Source of the DNA: Lepidodermella squamata
Lineage: Eukaryota > Animalia > Gastrotricha
Assembly: GCA_047495785.1 (NCBI GenBank)
Contig: JBLDXI010000002.1
Span: 2,604,001-2,668,000, forward strand
Reading direction: 5' to 3'
DNA: 64,000 nt
In this document: positions 36,001 to 48,933 of the stretch, one piece after another
Numbering within the stretch: position 1 is the stretch's first letter
Layout: each line of letters starts with the position of its first letter
Translations under genes and position numbers: made by a program
The notes under the pieces: generated by a model
What the model was told of the DNA's origin: nothing
What the model saw: only the letters and a program-made list of their open reading frames with translations
Database searches by the model: none

Positions 36001-37556
36001 TGCGAGTTTATTGAAAGCTCGACGAAGTTAATTTCATAAATTTCAAGACATGTGCCAGGGAGAAGTGCTGCATACTCTCCGCTTCGCCGTTCATAATTTC
36101 GCCCCCAGAGCGAGGTCTAGCCGCGGCGGAACTTCATTTTCTTTTCTTTGAGCTCTGTATATTTGCATGTTCCTCAATTTGAGGATCCCACCGAATGATT
36201 GCTATCATCGCAAAGCAACGCGAAAAAAACAACCAGAGAGGCAGCGCGAGGCGGATGCGAATTTAATCTTGATGCAGCGCTGAAAAAAATGCAATGGAAA
36301 AATCGATCGGATAATGCCCCGCATACACAGTAACGCCAATGCACAATACTGCATGAGAATTTTCTAAAACCTGAAGTGCTGAAATAAGAAACGAGCTAAT
36401 ATAAGGAGATTTAGCGCTCAACGAAAAAAATGCTCTTTTCAAGATTCGCCCTATGCAAATAACCTTTCAATTATCCAGATGATCAAAACAGAATCCCGAT
36501 AATGACGTGGATTTACTGAAAGGATTTGATAGCTAAATATAGGCGAAGTCAATGGAAACCCGGAGACAATTAATAATCTGTCGCTTTCATTTGAAGTGAA
36601 GCGCCGCACTTCCAAGAAATATTTTTTCGCGCCCGTAGCGCTGATGAATGAAAATTTAAACATACGTTTGATTCAGAGTCGCGAGAAGTGAGTAGACACG
36701 GAGCGCTCTGCCCGAATGCCGCACCGCCGAGTCTAACCAAATTAGAAAGCTCGTGGCCGAACGAGCAATGCGGTAAGCCTAAATATACGCATTTATGAAT
36801 ACTAATGAGCCTGAGTCATCTACGCTAGCTCACCTGGAGATCTGGTAGGCTGGCCCAAGCCGACTGTTTTCAGCAATGCACTGCCAGCCGAGGCTCCAAA
36901 ATTGCAACTGGGAACGCGGTTTCTTCTTGTATTCTCTGAGAAAGTTCTGCGTAGAAAAATCCGTGTCAGCGGATTAAAGCGGGCTGATTGTGGGTTCATG
37001 CCAGCCATGGCATGAGAACCGGAAGAGTTGCTCGGGACCGAACTTATTGAATCGTGCTGCTGCGACCCAACGCTGGAAGGACGCGGACTGATTGGCGCTG
37101 AAAGATTGTTGCGCGAAGGACTGGTGCGTCTTGCCACAGGGTACGCCAACGACGAAGTCGGATATGTATCACACTATAAAAACAGCAAAATCAATGTTCA
37201 GTGTAAAGAGCGTAAAGATGATAACATACTTGCTGCACATGCTGCTTAGCCATTTCTATACAAAAAGGAAGATTCGTAGCAACGTCCATGTTATTACCGG
37301 AAAGCAGCAAGATTTTATCCGCATCCATTTTCGAGAAGTCCACTATTGACATATCGATGGGCAGCACTTCGGCCAACAACGATTGCTCGCAGATAGTAGA
37401 AACAAATTCTTTTGCAGACATGATTTTCGACATATCAGCGAAAGATTGCTGCGACTGCAGCCGCTTTGAATATGCAGATGGAGGGGGCGGCGTGACATCA
37501 CAGTTCAGGTCGATTTTTAATGCATTCCGAGCGGTAGGTGAGTCTTTTGAATCCAT
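30049..37556 (-). CDS. MAST: Microtubule-associated Ser/Thr kinase (MAST family; DUF1908 - AGC kinase - PDZ); 5' exons uncertain
   Basis: [18 protein letters not shown]1908 helical region ([21 protein letters not shown]), kinase [42 protein letters not shown] tail [37 protein letters not shown]. Confidence 0.93.
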
Positions 37557-40541
37557 TGTCTTAGTTTGCTTAGCTATGCACCACCGGAAAAGTTACTGAT
37601 TCACCGAAAAAACTTCAGAATAGCGACTGAGGACGACTGTGTCGATCCTGTTCCAGCATAGATAATGTTGCCTTTACGTATTTCATTCACAACCATGATA
37701 AACTTTAACGGCGTTTAGGGGATCCATGATGACCAATGAGACAAGTAAAAAATATATCAGGGTGAAAATGCTTTGTGTCAGTATCTAAAAACAACAAGTT
37801 ACATGATAACATGAGGTATCCGATATAAGTACACCGTGTATGTACTTCGTATGTACGATGTTGCGAACAAGGTTTCAACGGGCTTGAAGCTTTATGCGCC
37901 AACAAAATTTCCCGAAATCCCGAGGAGACTCTAAAATCTTCCAAAGTACAGAGACCATAACCTCCCACGCAACTCAGAGAACAATTGAGAGCCAAAAATA
38001 TGTGATGTGTGCTGTGTGTAGAGATCTTTAGAGCAAATCTGACTTCCCTATTCTCTCCGTGAGCTGAACGGGGTTCCTATCAATTTTTCAAGTGGCAAAT
38101 GGCAGTTCTCGAAGCCCCAGTATGACTCATTATTTCATCTATTCCATGCCGGAGCCAAAAGTGAAAGCGGTATGGTTTAATTGAACGCGATGGAAAGCTA
38201 TGAAAAGAAAGAAAGAAAGAAGAAAAAAAACACAATGAAATCAGCTGACAGTTAGCAAATTATTACTCAATATTCACTTGTAATTAAATAAAATTTAAGA
38301 TCACCTATGAAAAAATGTCTGTGAAGAATTACGGCGGGCAATACAAATTGGTTGGTTTTTTTACGCGGGGCAAGTTGAAGTGAAACTTCCTTTGCGGTTT
38401 TCAGCGGTTTAGTTTCGCAGGGTTGGGCGAAGGGAGGCTTTAATGAAGCTGGGTCAGTACCAGTTCACCCAGAGCTCAGTATGGACCGAGAAACTGTGAG
38501 CTTTGGTTTAGACCGTACTTGGTTGATGAAACTGCGTGAGAATTTGCTAAGAAGGAGTTGAAATGTTGAAGGTTTATTTGGAATAAATGATGTGTCACTT
38601 GGAACCTAGCAAGGCATAGTAAAAAATGCCCAGATCTTTTCGATCTATGGGTCTATAATAGTTGATTTGAATTGTGGCCGCTCGACCGTTTGTGTTGAAA
38701 ATTGTCATTTATGGCTTACATTTTAGCTCGGGTGATTTTCTCTTCTGCTGCATTCTCAGTTGCTATATGGCAAAATTGTGTCGCCTGTGTCAACCAGAAA
38801 CCCTCCCATATTCATCGGCCGATATGTGATATAACTTGCTGCCTTTATTAGATCATCCTGATCAGTTGTTTTTTGTTTCCATTTTTTCCAATTTTTTTTA
38901 TTGTTAGAAGAAAATGACTACCGACTGGAACCAAGATCACACCTACAGCCAAAGTGCTTCTTTGCTTCCCGATTGGCTTAACTTTCTTACCGACTTGAAC
39001 CGATAGCAACAACTATTAATGTCTGATGAAAGTCGCTACAGACCGCAGAAGATTGGATTGCAGTGGTGGAACCTATCTCCTGCCTCTGCTGCCTCTCCTG
39101 CCATACAGAGAAATTTTGACAACACACTTACTTGAATATTACCAATTACTAATTTCTATCACTACATATTGCTAATAATATAATGTCTTTTCACTTCGAC
39201 TTCAGTTATATTGTTCTATGAATATAATATTGATTGTTTAGGATCTTTTCAATGTTGCATTGGATTCTGCAGCATGCAACGAGCAGGAAATTAATACCCG
39301 ATCGGCGTCAGGTAAATGTCAAGGCGATGAATTCCGAACCGCTATGGTCTGCATTGGAAAAGATTCCTCGGGACAAACAATCCTCATTTTCGCTCAATGT
39401 AATAAGACTTTTCCAGTTGAACTTCTATCTTATATTCATCGTTTACAGGTGCAAAACTCTTTATTTAGTTCACTATGGAGCCGGATCAAACGGGAATCAA
39501 ATAACTAGATAACTGGGGTATTTCAGCAGCTCGTACAATCTGTGATTTCAAAAGATCTGTCAGCTTCTTCTGTTTGACGTTCGTGCTCAATGCGAATTCA
39601 CGCACCTGACTCGGTCGAGACTATTTTTTCAAATTTATTCTGTCGTGCCGGAAAAAAGTTTTAATTTGAATAAACCATTTTTTTCTAAAAAGAAGTCGAA
39701 AGAAGTCGTTTCTTGGCAAATTAAAATAAGTTGTTATTCATGTGTTATTCTTTCGGCCCAGCTGAATTCAGCTTGTTGTACTTTTCTGCTGTTTCATACG
39801 TGAAAAGCCTTTTGGAATGATCCATAAAATCTCCTTCCATTGGTTTGCCCTGCCAAGACTGAAAATTCCTGGTCTCATGTTATGATAATTGAGGTGGCGA
39901 AAATTGATCAGTTTTTGAACCTTGCGTTTGACGCCACGTTGCGTGAGTACCTTCATCTTTCACAGTGGAATCATTATTTTTCGTCGAAAATGTATGAAAA
40001 TTTATAGAAATGTCAATGGGACTGTATTATTTTTGAATTGATCGTGAAGATAGAGTAATATTAGAGAGTTGAAAAATAGAGTTGAAAATTCCGAATTATT
40101 TGCTTCCGTTGTTAGTTTACTATCCCCAGTGTGTCAAAACGGTGCGAGATATCAGCCTAATCATTGCGGAATATGTAGCCAATATCAAAGGATACTGAAT
40201 CCCACAGGTCAAACATTTCTCGAATTTACGACGCTGTTTTTTTAAAGCTTAATTTCCGAATTTTAAGCATTACAGCTTTGAAACGATAAATAAAGAAATA
40301 TTATAGTTGGATGAATAATTTTTGGGCTATGCACTATAAAATAGAAATATAGGTATTCGTGAATTGCCTGGATAACGCTTTCTTCCAGACATTTTATGAA
40401 TCGCTTCTCTGATGGTTAAATCTCCATGCTTACATCTTGCGAATTCATCAAATGAAGAAATTTTTTATAATATGGTCCTTATATTTATCTCTTTTCATTA
40501 AATTTATCTGTTAAATTGAATTTATCTAGGTTTTGAATAAA

Positions 40542-41838
40542 ATGAGCGCTCCGAAGTCTCGCAAGCTGAACGTAAAAGAGGTTTGAACAAACTAACTGAA
40601 TAAATTGAAGCCTAAGCCTAACTTACCTTTCAGTCGTTGTCATGCTCGATCTGCCTTGAGCTATACGTCGACCCGAGAAATTTACCTTCGTGCGGGCACG
40701 CCTTTTGTTTGAGATGCTTGCAAATGATAGCCAATGCTCCGGCAAGCAGAGCAATGCCATGCCCAGAATGCCGGACCATCTCCCCGATTCCGATGGGCGG
40801 CGTGGACAGTAAGCCTGACAATTGATAATATATAATATAATATCCTCACGTTTCATATATTTTTTTCACAGATCTATCGCGTAACTTTCCGCTCGTCCGA
40901 GCAATCGCGACCATTCGCGAAGCGGAGGTGGAAGCTGCAGGTGCGCATAGCGCTGACCGTTGTGCGCATCTGGCAGTTTCGGGGAAACCCGAGAAATGCG
41001 CCCATTGTGGTTTGCTCTTTTGCGAGGGCTGCATGTTCGTACATGCCGAAAAGATGCGAAAAGACATCGCTGAGATAATCTCTGAGGTACTATTTTGTTT
41101 TTTTTTCTGTTGAATTTTTCCGGATTGAAATGTGTTAAAAAGTTCTCTACATTTCATTGTGAAGAGGAAAAATTGAATTTATCCATCACTTCAAAAATTA
41201 GTTGATTCTCTGTAAATTTTCCAAAACGAACAAATTTATCTGCGTTCTTGCGATTAAAATTGAAAAATAACGGAAAGAGGTTCAAATGTATGTAAATGGT
41301 TACTTTTCACAGGCTTCAAATCACACAGATAGAGCGCTGAGGAAAAAAGCTGCGATCCGTCGATCGTATCGCAACAGCTGCTAAGGCCGACATCGCCAGC
41401 CACTTTGATGGCCTGAAGGCGAAATTTCTTCAAATCACTGAAGAAAAGCAGCGATATCTTGAGCTGGACGTCGACGATATTGCGCATGAGGCGAAGCAAG
41501 CTGCCCAAAACGCCTTCGCCTCAAAGGTCGACGACGACCTGCTGGAGCAATCGCGAGCTCTCGCGGCCAAATCCATTCTGGACTGCAATCTCGCCGAGGT
41601 GGCTGCTGTTTGGAAGAAGGCAAGCAGTCTGCGTACTAAGGTGTGTATGATAGTTCTGAAGCAATTAATTTCAATTTTGGAAAGCTAATAAATTTGTGAG
41701 AAATACAATTAAGGTCATTTTTTACGATTGCAGGCTGCGACACCAATACGTGGAATCGATTTGCTTGGCAAGGATGACGACGGCTTCACCGAAATGCTTA
41801 GAAGCATTCAAGAAATGGAAGTCAAGGCTATTGACTGA
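40542..41838 (+). CDS. TRIM-like RING - B-box - coiled-coil protein (needs a 1-nt correction in the A-run 41343-41348)
   Basis: Exons approx. 40542-40580, 40634-40808, 40872-41086, 41313-41641, 41734-41838. C3HC4 RING CSIC..CGHAFCLRC..CPEC; B-box-like CAHCGLLFCEGC..H; helical heptad exon; no C-terminal SPRY/NHL domain. Confidence 0.8.
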
Positions 41839-43108
41839 GCACTCCCTAATTGCCATGAATTGCTCGAATTTTTTGAAATTGATGTATCATTTTCGGATGC
41901 GCACTGTTCGCTAGGACCTTAGAAGTTGATGTTTAAAACAGCTGGGAATCATTCTTTTCGTATTCCATTTTCTGATGATACTGAGCATTCTTTCGTATAA
42001 TAATCGACATTCTTCCTGTCGCCCTTCGGTTGCGTTGCTTCAAATGATCCTCGGGTTCTGCTTCGTTGTTTAAATATATGACTCAACTTCGAGCGTCGGT
42101 GATGCCTTAGAATCTGTTCTGGCATCCGTCCAGTTTCCGCTATTTTCTCATGAATCTAATCTTATCTATGGATCAGCCATAAATACTGGTATCAAATTAA
42201 TATATTTTGAACGGAAAATTCCGTTTTTATAATGAGACTTGATGCAAACATGAGTTATAAAAGTGCTTTGCTGTGTTGCAAGACGTGCTCGGCGTAAGCC
42301 CTACGCCTTCTTCTGAATTTTTTGAACTTGAATATTATTACGTATTGGAACAATTTATTGGATGTGTTGACGAGGAATGAAGCTAAAAAATTCTATGTTT
42401 TGTGTGAAACTAATGAACGTTAAAGGTGCAATAGCGCGATGCGCTTTTTGCCTTCTAGCTACCAACTGTCTTATCGTTTATTTTCTAGATTTATTTTGTT
42501 TAGAATTTCTCAGCCTAGCAAATTGCGCAAAATTCGCCGTGCTGAAAAATTCGGTCCAAATTTGCAAAAGTTATATTAACGTTTTATTAATTTTTGCGAT
42601 ATTTCAGCGGTTTTTCCCATATTGCTGAGAGCATTATTCGTTACTCGAATCCTAGCGTGCCATTTTCCCTATAAGCGGCCCGTGAGATGGAAAGCTGGAG
42701 CAGGTTCAGAGAAGGCTGTTCGTGAATTTCAAAGTAAATTTCAGTTTTCATCGAATAATTTGCCAACTTTTGAGCTTCGCTGTAGATCGCGGAGAATCTT
42801 TTGAACTGGACCGATAAAGAACAGTCCCAGGTTGCTCAAGGAAAGAACTGTTTGAGTCGTTTTTGAGTCCTACCGAGTTGGGACGACTTTTACATTCACT
42901 ATAAATGTGCAGCTCAATTTATTCTTTTATTTTCAAACCAGAATTGAATTGAATTATTGCAGAATAAATGTGCAAATTTTTTTTATCAAAGGCATGTGAT
43001 ATCAGATCTTGCTATTCAGTTTGGATTCGCTCAAGCCTCTAGCCCGATCATAGGTGATGATCAAATAAATTTGGCACAAGAATGAGTAATTTCTGTACTT
43101 CAAACAGG

Positions 43109-43797
43109 CTAATGTTTCCGATGCATAGCATCCTTAAAGAGCGGAATGCACTGCTTATGCCAATGATCGTTTCCATCCAGCGACTCGTGTTGCTGCGAGC
43201 AAAAAAGGTACATTAATTATCAATTTCAAAGCGGTGTTATACCTCTTCATCCTTTGAATATTGTCTTATCAGCTCTTGGCACTTACTGCAAACCACGCGG
43301 CAGACGTGTTCGTCCATACAGACGTCGCAGTATATCTCGCCGCCGTAGTCAAAGTAACCGCAATTTAGCAGAGATTTATTGCAGTTGTGGCAGACAAAGC
43401 AAGCCTGCGCAACAAATGGGACAATATTTCTACAACATTAAATAAATGTCTCAAAGTATTAACCTCGTGCCAATGAAGAAGCCCGTCATCAGAGGTTATT
43501 TTCTGTGCGCAGAATCAAGAAATAAATCAGCCGGGAAAAATGCGCCGAGCTTACCTTGTCTTTCTTCGTACGAATAATTATTTCATTTTTGCATTTAGCG
43601 CAAGAATGATGCGCTATAGACGGATGGCGAGCTTGGGTCAGCTGCAGTGGCAAGTCGTCGGAAATGAGACTACTACGTCGCTGGCTTCGTGTCGATGGTA
43701 CACTGCTAGCCTGCCCGGCGCTAGTCTCTGACTTATCTTGGCTTTTCTGATATCGCCAATCAGAGGCAACAAGTTTTCCTTCCGGTAGACTTTCCAT
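43109..43797 (-). CDS. Small 1.5-LIM-domain protein
   Basis: Four exons: CAKC..|HWHE|ACFVCHNC..YCDVC..CSKC..|HWHKQC, then TAG. Confidence 0.8.
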
Positions 43798-45035
43798 GAA
43801 ATTGCGGTATAATATATGAAAATATTGATCGAACCGACTGGTGCTATTTTAACTAGTGTGGAAAGTGCGATGATGATGATACCGGCTCATGATACGCTAT
43901 ATGCTATTTCGCTTTATTGTGTATTTTTCCGCCACCTTGTTTTTACGCCTCCTCTCTGAACAGGTTCATCAATAATCGTCGCTGAGCATCTTGTTTTCAA
44001 GGTTGAATTATTGTGTTATTTGCCGCGGCTGCCTTTTTACCTCATTATACCGAGATGTGAGTGCGCACCACTGAGAAAGTGCTCCGTATCGCTGAGCAAA
44101 TATCAGAACAATAAAAAAGGCGATGCCGCGGGACCAGGCGCAACTGCTCTTTCCACAATCGGCGATAAATAAAATAATCCGTTTTTCTACACGTACATGA
44201 AATTATTTGGTCTACATATTATTATCCCTCGAGGTGTTATTTTGACGAGTGGGATTCTGCGATAATGCCGGTACGTAAACGCAAACAATAATGCTGACGA
44301 CCAATTATTATAGAGTTCCGCCGCGAGACGTTAAGTTTTTTCTGCCCTTATTGCCTCTGGATACTTCTCAATGGAAAAAGTAATGAGTGGAAATGATTAG
44401 GCAATAATTTTGCCAAGTACTTCCCCTTAAACTTCACAATTGATAATGATGATATTAAAAGAATCAATGGAAGCGGTCAGGGTTAGATAACAGTGATGAG
44501 TAACAAAAAACAATTGAGCGGTGTTTCATCTTCTCATAATTTCAAGGAATAACGTATACGCTGATAACATAGCTGCATATTTTAAACGTGGAAATAGCCG
44601 CGCGGCCGGCTCGAGTCCACGCGCGCGCAACGTTGACACGAGACAATTGACTGTACATCATTAATCCTGTGCCGCTAATTTTTAAAACAAAAATCTTGTT
44701 GAACATGGTTTTACACGCGCACTAGACTCTTCTTACAAAAATGATGATGAAGCGACCAGTAGTTGATTTCGACGTTGAAAAGTGCATAATATAATAGTAA
44801 TCACGAGCTTACTAAACGACGTACAACTATTTTTGCTAAGCTTTGAATAAAATAAAGTAATAATGACTTTGTATTATCATTTTCAACTCAATTTTTGTTT
44901 ACAACTTACGTAAAAACAATACCTAATGTTAAGCAGTACTTGCCCAACAATGCCGGCTATAACTCGAATTCCGCGTCTCCAATAACCATTTTTGCGCTGT
45001 TTATTCATTGTTTTATTTCTGCATATAGTTTTAGA

Positions 45036-46716
45036 ATGACACATTTGCAAGGGCTTGCTTTAGTAGCGTCGCTAATTGCGGCATTTCTGGCGCCGGTTCG
45101 CGCCCAGTGGCGAGTTAATTCGGCCGAATGCGGTGTCTACAACGCCGAATTCGCACCCGATGAAGATATTTTAGACTCGATCCATGCGAGGCCGAATGAA
45201 TATCCGTGGCAGGTCTGATGAAGGTCAAACGTTTCGGTGTAGCATTCGAAACTGTACTTTTATAGGTGCAAATCGAGGACATTTTCGGTGAGCGAATTTG
45301 CTCAGCAGCCATTTTAGACGACACATGGCTGCTTGCAACTGCTTCTTGCATATCACAATTCCCGATGTAATTGACAACTGGCGATTTCAAGTGATCAGAA
45401 TGTTGAAATTCATGTAATTTAGGGATTACCTGCTCCCGTATGCGATCTTGGAGCGGGCGTTTTACAAGCCCGTTGACAAGCTGCCCTACCGAAGAACTGT
45501 AATCATCAACAGGGTGATCAAGCACCCCAACTTCAACCCTGCAACCAGAGCTCATGACTTCGCGCTTATTCAACTCTACAGTAATAGCCAGCAATAATTT
45601 TAGATTTTCATGTAAATTTCTTGGTTTAGATCAAATACCGCTGGAAGAATGGCGCTTGCAAGCGATCTGCTTGCCTTACGAAGAAGAATGCAACACTTTC
45701 TGCATACCTGGCGAGAAATCATTCTACCTTGGCTGGGGCCGTCGAAGTATGTTTTAATCCCACATTAGATTCCCCGGCTAAGTTGCGCCTTTCTTATAGC
45801 TCTTACCATCCAGAAAGCACCGGTTCGTGTCATGGAAAATAAAGCATGCGACGCTGTTTTGAAGCCGTACAACATTGTCGAACTTTTCCGCGGAGAGACG
45901 CAAATTTGTGCTGCTGGTTGCATCGACATGTGCAGGGTAAGATTTCTGTTTATAAATAGACCTTTGACCTTGGCATAAGGCTGGCTGAATCTTTGAAAAT
46001 TCAAAATTTCAAATTGCCTATAAGAAAGGCGGTGTGGCCTTTCGTAGATTTATTCGCTCCTGTAAGAGGTGATGCAAAGGATCCATCTGATTCGAAGTTG
46101 AGCAGATGTTTTTAGTTAAGCGGATGATTAAATCGATTCGGAATTTCTCATTTTTATTTTGATAACTCAGTTTGCCAGTGGTAGCTCGCTATCTGTCTAC
46201 GATTCGGACACTCGCCAAATGTTCCTTTGCGGCCTTGGCTCGCCAGTCTCCAACCAACCACTGTGCAACGTACAGGGCCCGTTTAATGCTTCAGGGCCGT
46301 GTGTACTCCCGACTCCCCCGAAACCAGCCCCAACTACAGCACGGCCGACCACTGTCCGAGCAACTACAACAGCCCGACCAACAACTGTAGGAGCGACCGG
46401 TCCTCAATTGCCGCTTGGCATCACCGGGCGGCAGTCGGCCACGGGGGCAACAGGACCTCTAGGCAATTTCGGCATTCTCGGTGGTCTCGGCGTTCCGGCT
46501 GGTCTTCTGCCGATGGGCGAAGAGCAGGCCGCTGAGAAGATCAAAGCCCGGCTCCGGGTCAAGCAAGCTGGTCTCGGCAAAACCGGTGCAACGGGCCCGT
46601 TAATTGAGCCGCCAAAGCCGGTAATTCCGCCGCGAACGAACGCTACCATCCCCGTCGGTATCTTCTCATACGTGTGCCCAAGCATCAGCTGGATCCGGAA
46701 GAGATGGGAACTCTGA
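45036..46716 (+). CDS. Secreted trypsin-like serine-protease homologue, predicted non-catalytic, with a long Pro/Thr/Gly insert
   Basis: Signal peptide; ECG..ARPNEYPWQV; ICSAAILDDTWLLATASC (His57 replaced by Ser); HDFALIQL; AICLP; LGWG; QICAAG; CRFASGSSL (GDSGG degenerate); C-terminal GIFSYVCPSISWI. Confidence 0.85.
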
Positions 46717-46986
46717 GACTGCCACATTTATATCTTTCGATCTTTTATTAATCACTCGTCTGTGTAGAAAATCAAAGAAATGTTCTTACTAAATTATTAA
46801 AACGCCGATAAGCATAGCTTTACATTGCCAATCGAAATGAAATTTAACAGTGCTGGTTTTAAACAATTATTGACTGATTTTAATAAAATGCGCGATGTCC
46901 TGATGCCATTGTTTGCTTTTGTTAGCTACAAAATGTTACCCGTGGCCTCGCGAATGTGACAGAAGGGTCCATTATTTGATCAAAAC

Positions 46987-48029
46987 ATGGTGAAATTTAA
47001 ATTTCACTCGCTACTGATTCATCTTCTTGCGAGATTTTTCGGCACTTATCAGCAGTTCAATGCTGGCTATTCAAATAATTTTTTCAACAACCAGTATCAT
47101 CGACAGCAAGGTTCCTGGAATTATGGTGGCGGAATCCCTCAAAATTATCCCCATGTGAACTGCAACTTGGAATTAGACAAGGGTATAGGGTGTTTGGCTT
47201 ACGATCCAACGAGATATTTATCGAAGCGATTTGGCTTCAACCGAACTTCGAACAGGTGCCAAGCGTTCGCTTTTTTAGGTTGCCGAAGGAATGCCAACAA
47301 TTTCGCGACCTTGGAACAATGTCAAAAGGCATGCAGTTCATATGGCTATGAAGATGAACAGCAGAACTACGATGTAAAAACGGATCGATGCAAGCTGCCG
47401 GTCAGTTCTGGGAAACCTTGCTCGCCTAGCATGACACGATATTACTCAACTAAATTCGCATTCGATGTGAAAACCAATCAATGCGTCTCTTTCCCGTTTT
47501 TCGGATGTGGTGGTAAATTGGTTCAGTTTTTCTCTTGAGCTTTTTAATACGAAACTTTGTCTCACTTTAAGGTTACGACAATCGTTTCGACACTCAGCAT
47601 GCCTGTGCTAGAGAGTGCCTGATCAGCAGTGGCCGAATTTTAACTACAACGACGGCATTTGCTGGGTTTGGTGGCACGAATCCAAGCTTATCGACGACTA
47701 CTGAACCTGTTGGTAGTATTGACTACGAAGTGTTTGCCTCCTCAAAAGCTGAACAAATCTCACACCGGTGCACTATACCCCCGGAAGAATCTGTCGGCAA
47801 CTGCGCAATCCTAATACGAGACAAAAATACGCATCGCTTCGATGCACAAACTGGAAAATGTTTACCAATGCCTCAATATACAGGCTGCCCTTGGGATCAA
47901 GGGAATAGATTTTCCAGTCTTCGCCTCTGCCAGGAGGTCTGTGTCTCTAGTCGCGCTCGAATGACCACAACGATAGCGTTCACCATTGCGAAAATCGAAG
48001 ACGAAGTTAAGTTCGACCTTAGTACGTGA
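46987..48029 (+). CDS. Three-Kunitz-domain protein (5' end uncertain)
   Basis: Kunitz patterns FAFLGCRRNANNF, FPFFGCGG|YDNRF, YTGCPWDQGNRF; intron ~47513-47571; Thr-rich linker. Confidence 0.85.
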
Positions 48030-48933
48030 CCATTTTACCATGTCCATCTTCTGTTGAAATTTTAATAAAATGTCAACGTTCTTGATGATGGTTGGTGTTT
48101 TTATCAAGCTATAATTCTGGCAGCTTATTCCGAGATATTGAATTAATTGATTAGGATGGCGCGTCAATCTCAATTAGGCGTTATGAGGCTGTTATGACAC
48201 GGATGACAATCTTTTTTCACGTGAATGCGCGCCTAATTCGGTCATACTTCTCTATCAACTTGCGTCAACACTACTTTACAGTCCAGAAATTTCCATGTTT
48301 AATGAATTGAAAAAATTCTAGCCCTATTTCTTTAAATCAGAATTTAAAAAAAAAAAATCCCATTCTCGATATATTGTTTTCAAGTCAGTCGTCGGGGATT
48401 CCGCGTGAGATGAATCACGTCTGAATAGCATTATTATTTTCCCCCAGTTCATTTAGCTGATATAATGCGATAGAATTAAATCGATTGAAAATTTTGTAGC
48501 GCACGATTAACCCGTAAAATTGTCGCTGCGATTAGCCTCTTTTTTACACCTGAAGCCACATAATGAGATAACACATTTGTTTGCGAATATTCGGACATAA
48601 CAATAAATTGAAATGCTAGGCTCTCCAAACCAGGTTATTTTATATATAATTTAGCTATTGTCTTATATTCAAAGAAAAGGCGTTTAATTTCCAGTTTCGA
48701 ATGTGTTCCGTCTGCCGAAATCAACGGCCGGCGACGACGTTGATGCTGCTGCCCTGCTGCTTTCGCCAGTCTATCTGTCTGTGGTGCGTCGCTGCCAGTG
48801 TAGAACTCCGAAATTCGATCGAATGCCTGCGATGTGGTGGCAATTTTCACGGTCCCTTTGTTTCTAATGGTAAAATCTAGAGAAATGGCTATTCATTGAG
48901 AAAGATTGCATTTTTTTAGAAATAGTCTCGAAA

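Noticed and set aside
37700-39520. Short ORFs and coding-like sequence upstream of MAST
   Set aside because: No recognisable domain and no consistent splice model.
46390-46600. Collagen domain
   Set aside because: The Gly-X-Y runs are only a few triplets long and interrupted; treated as a low-complexity insert.
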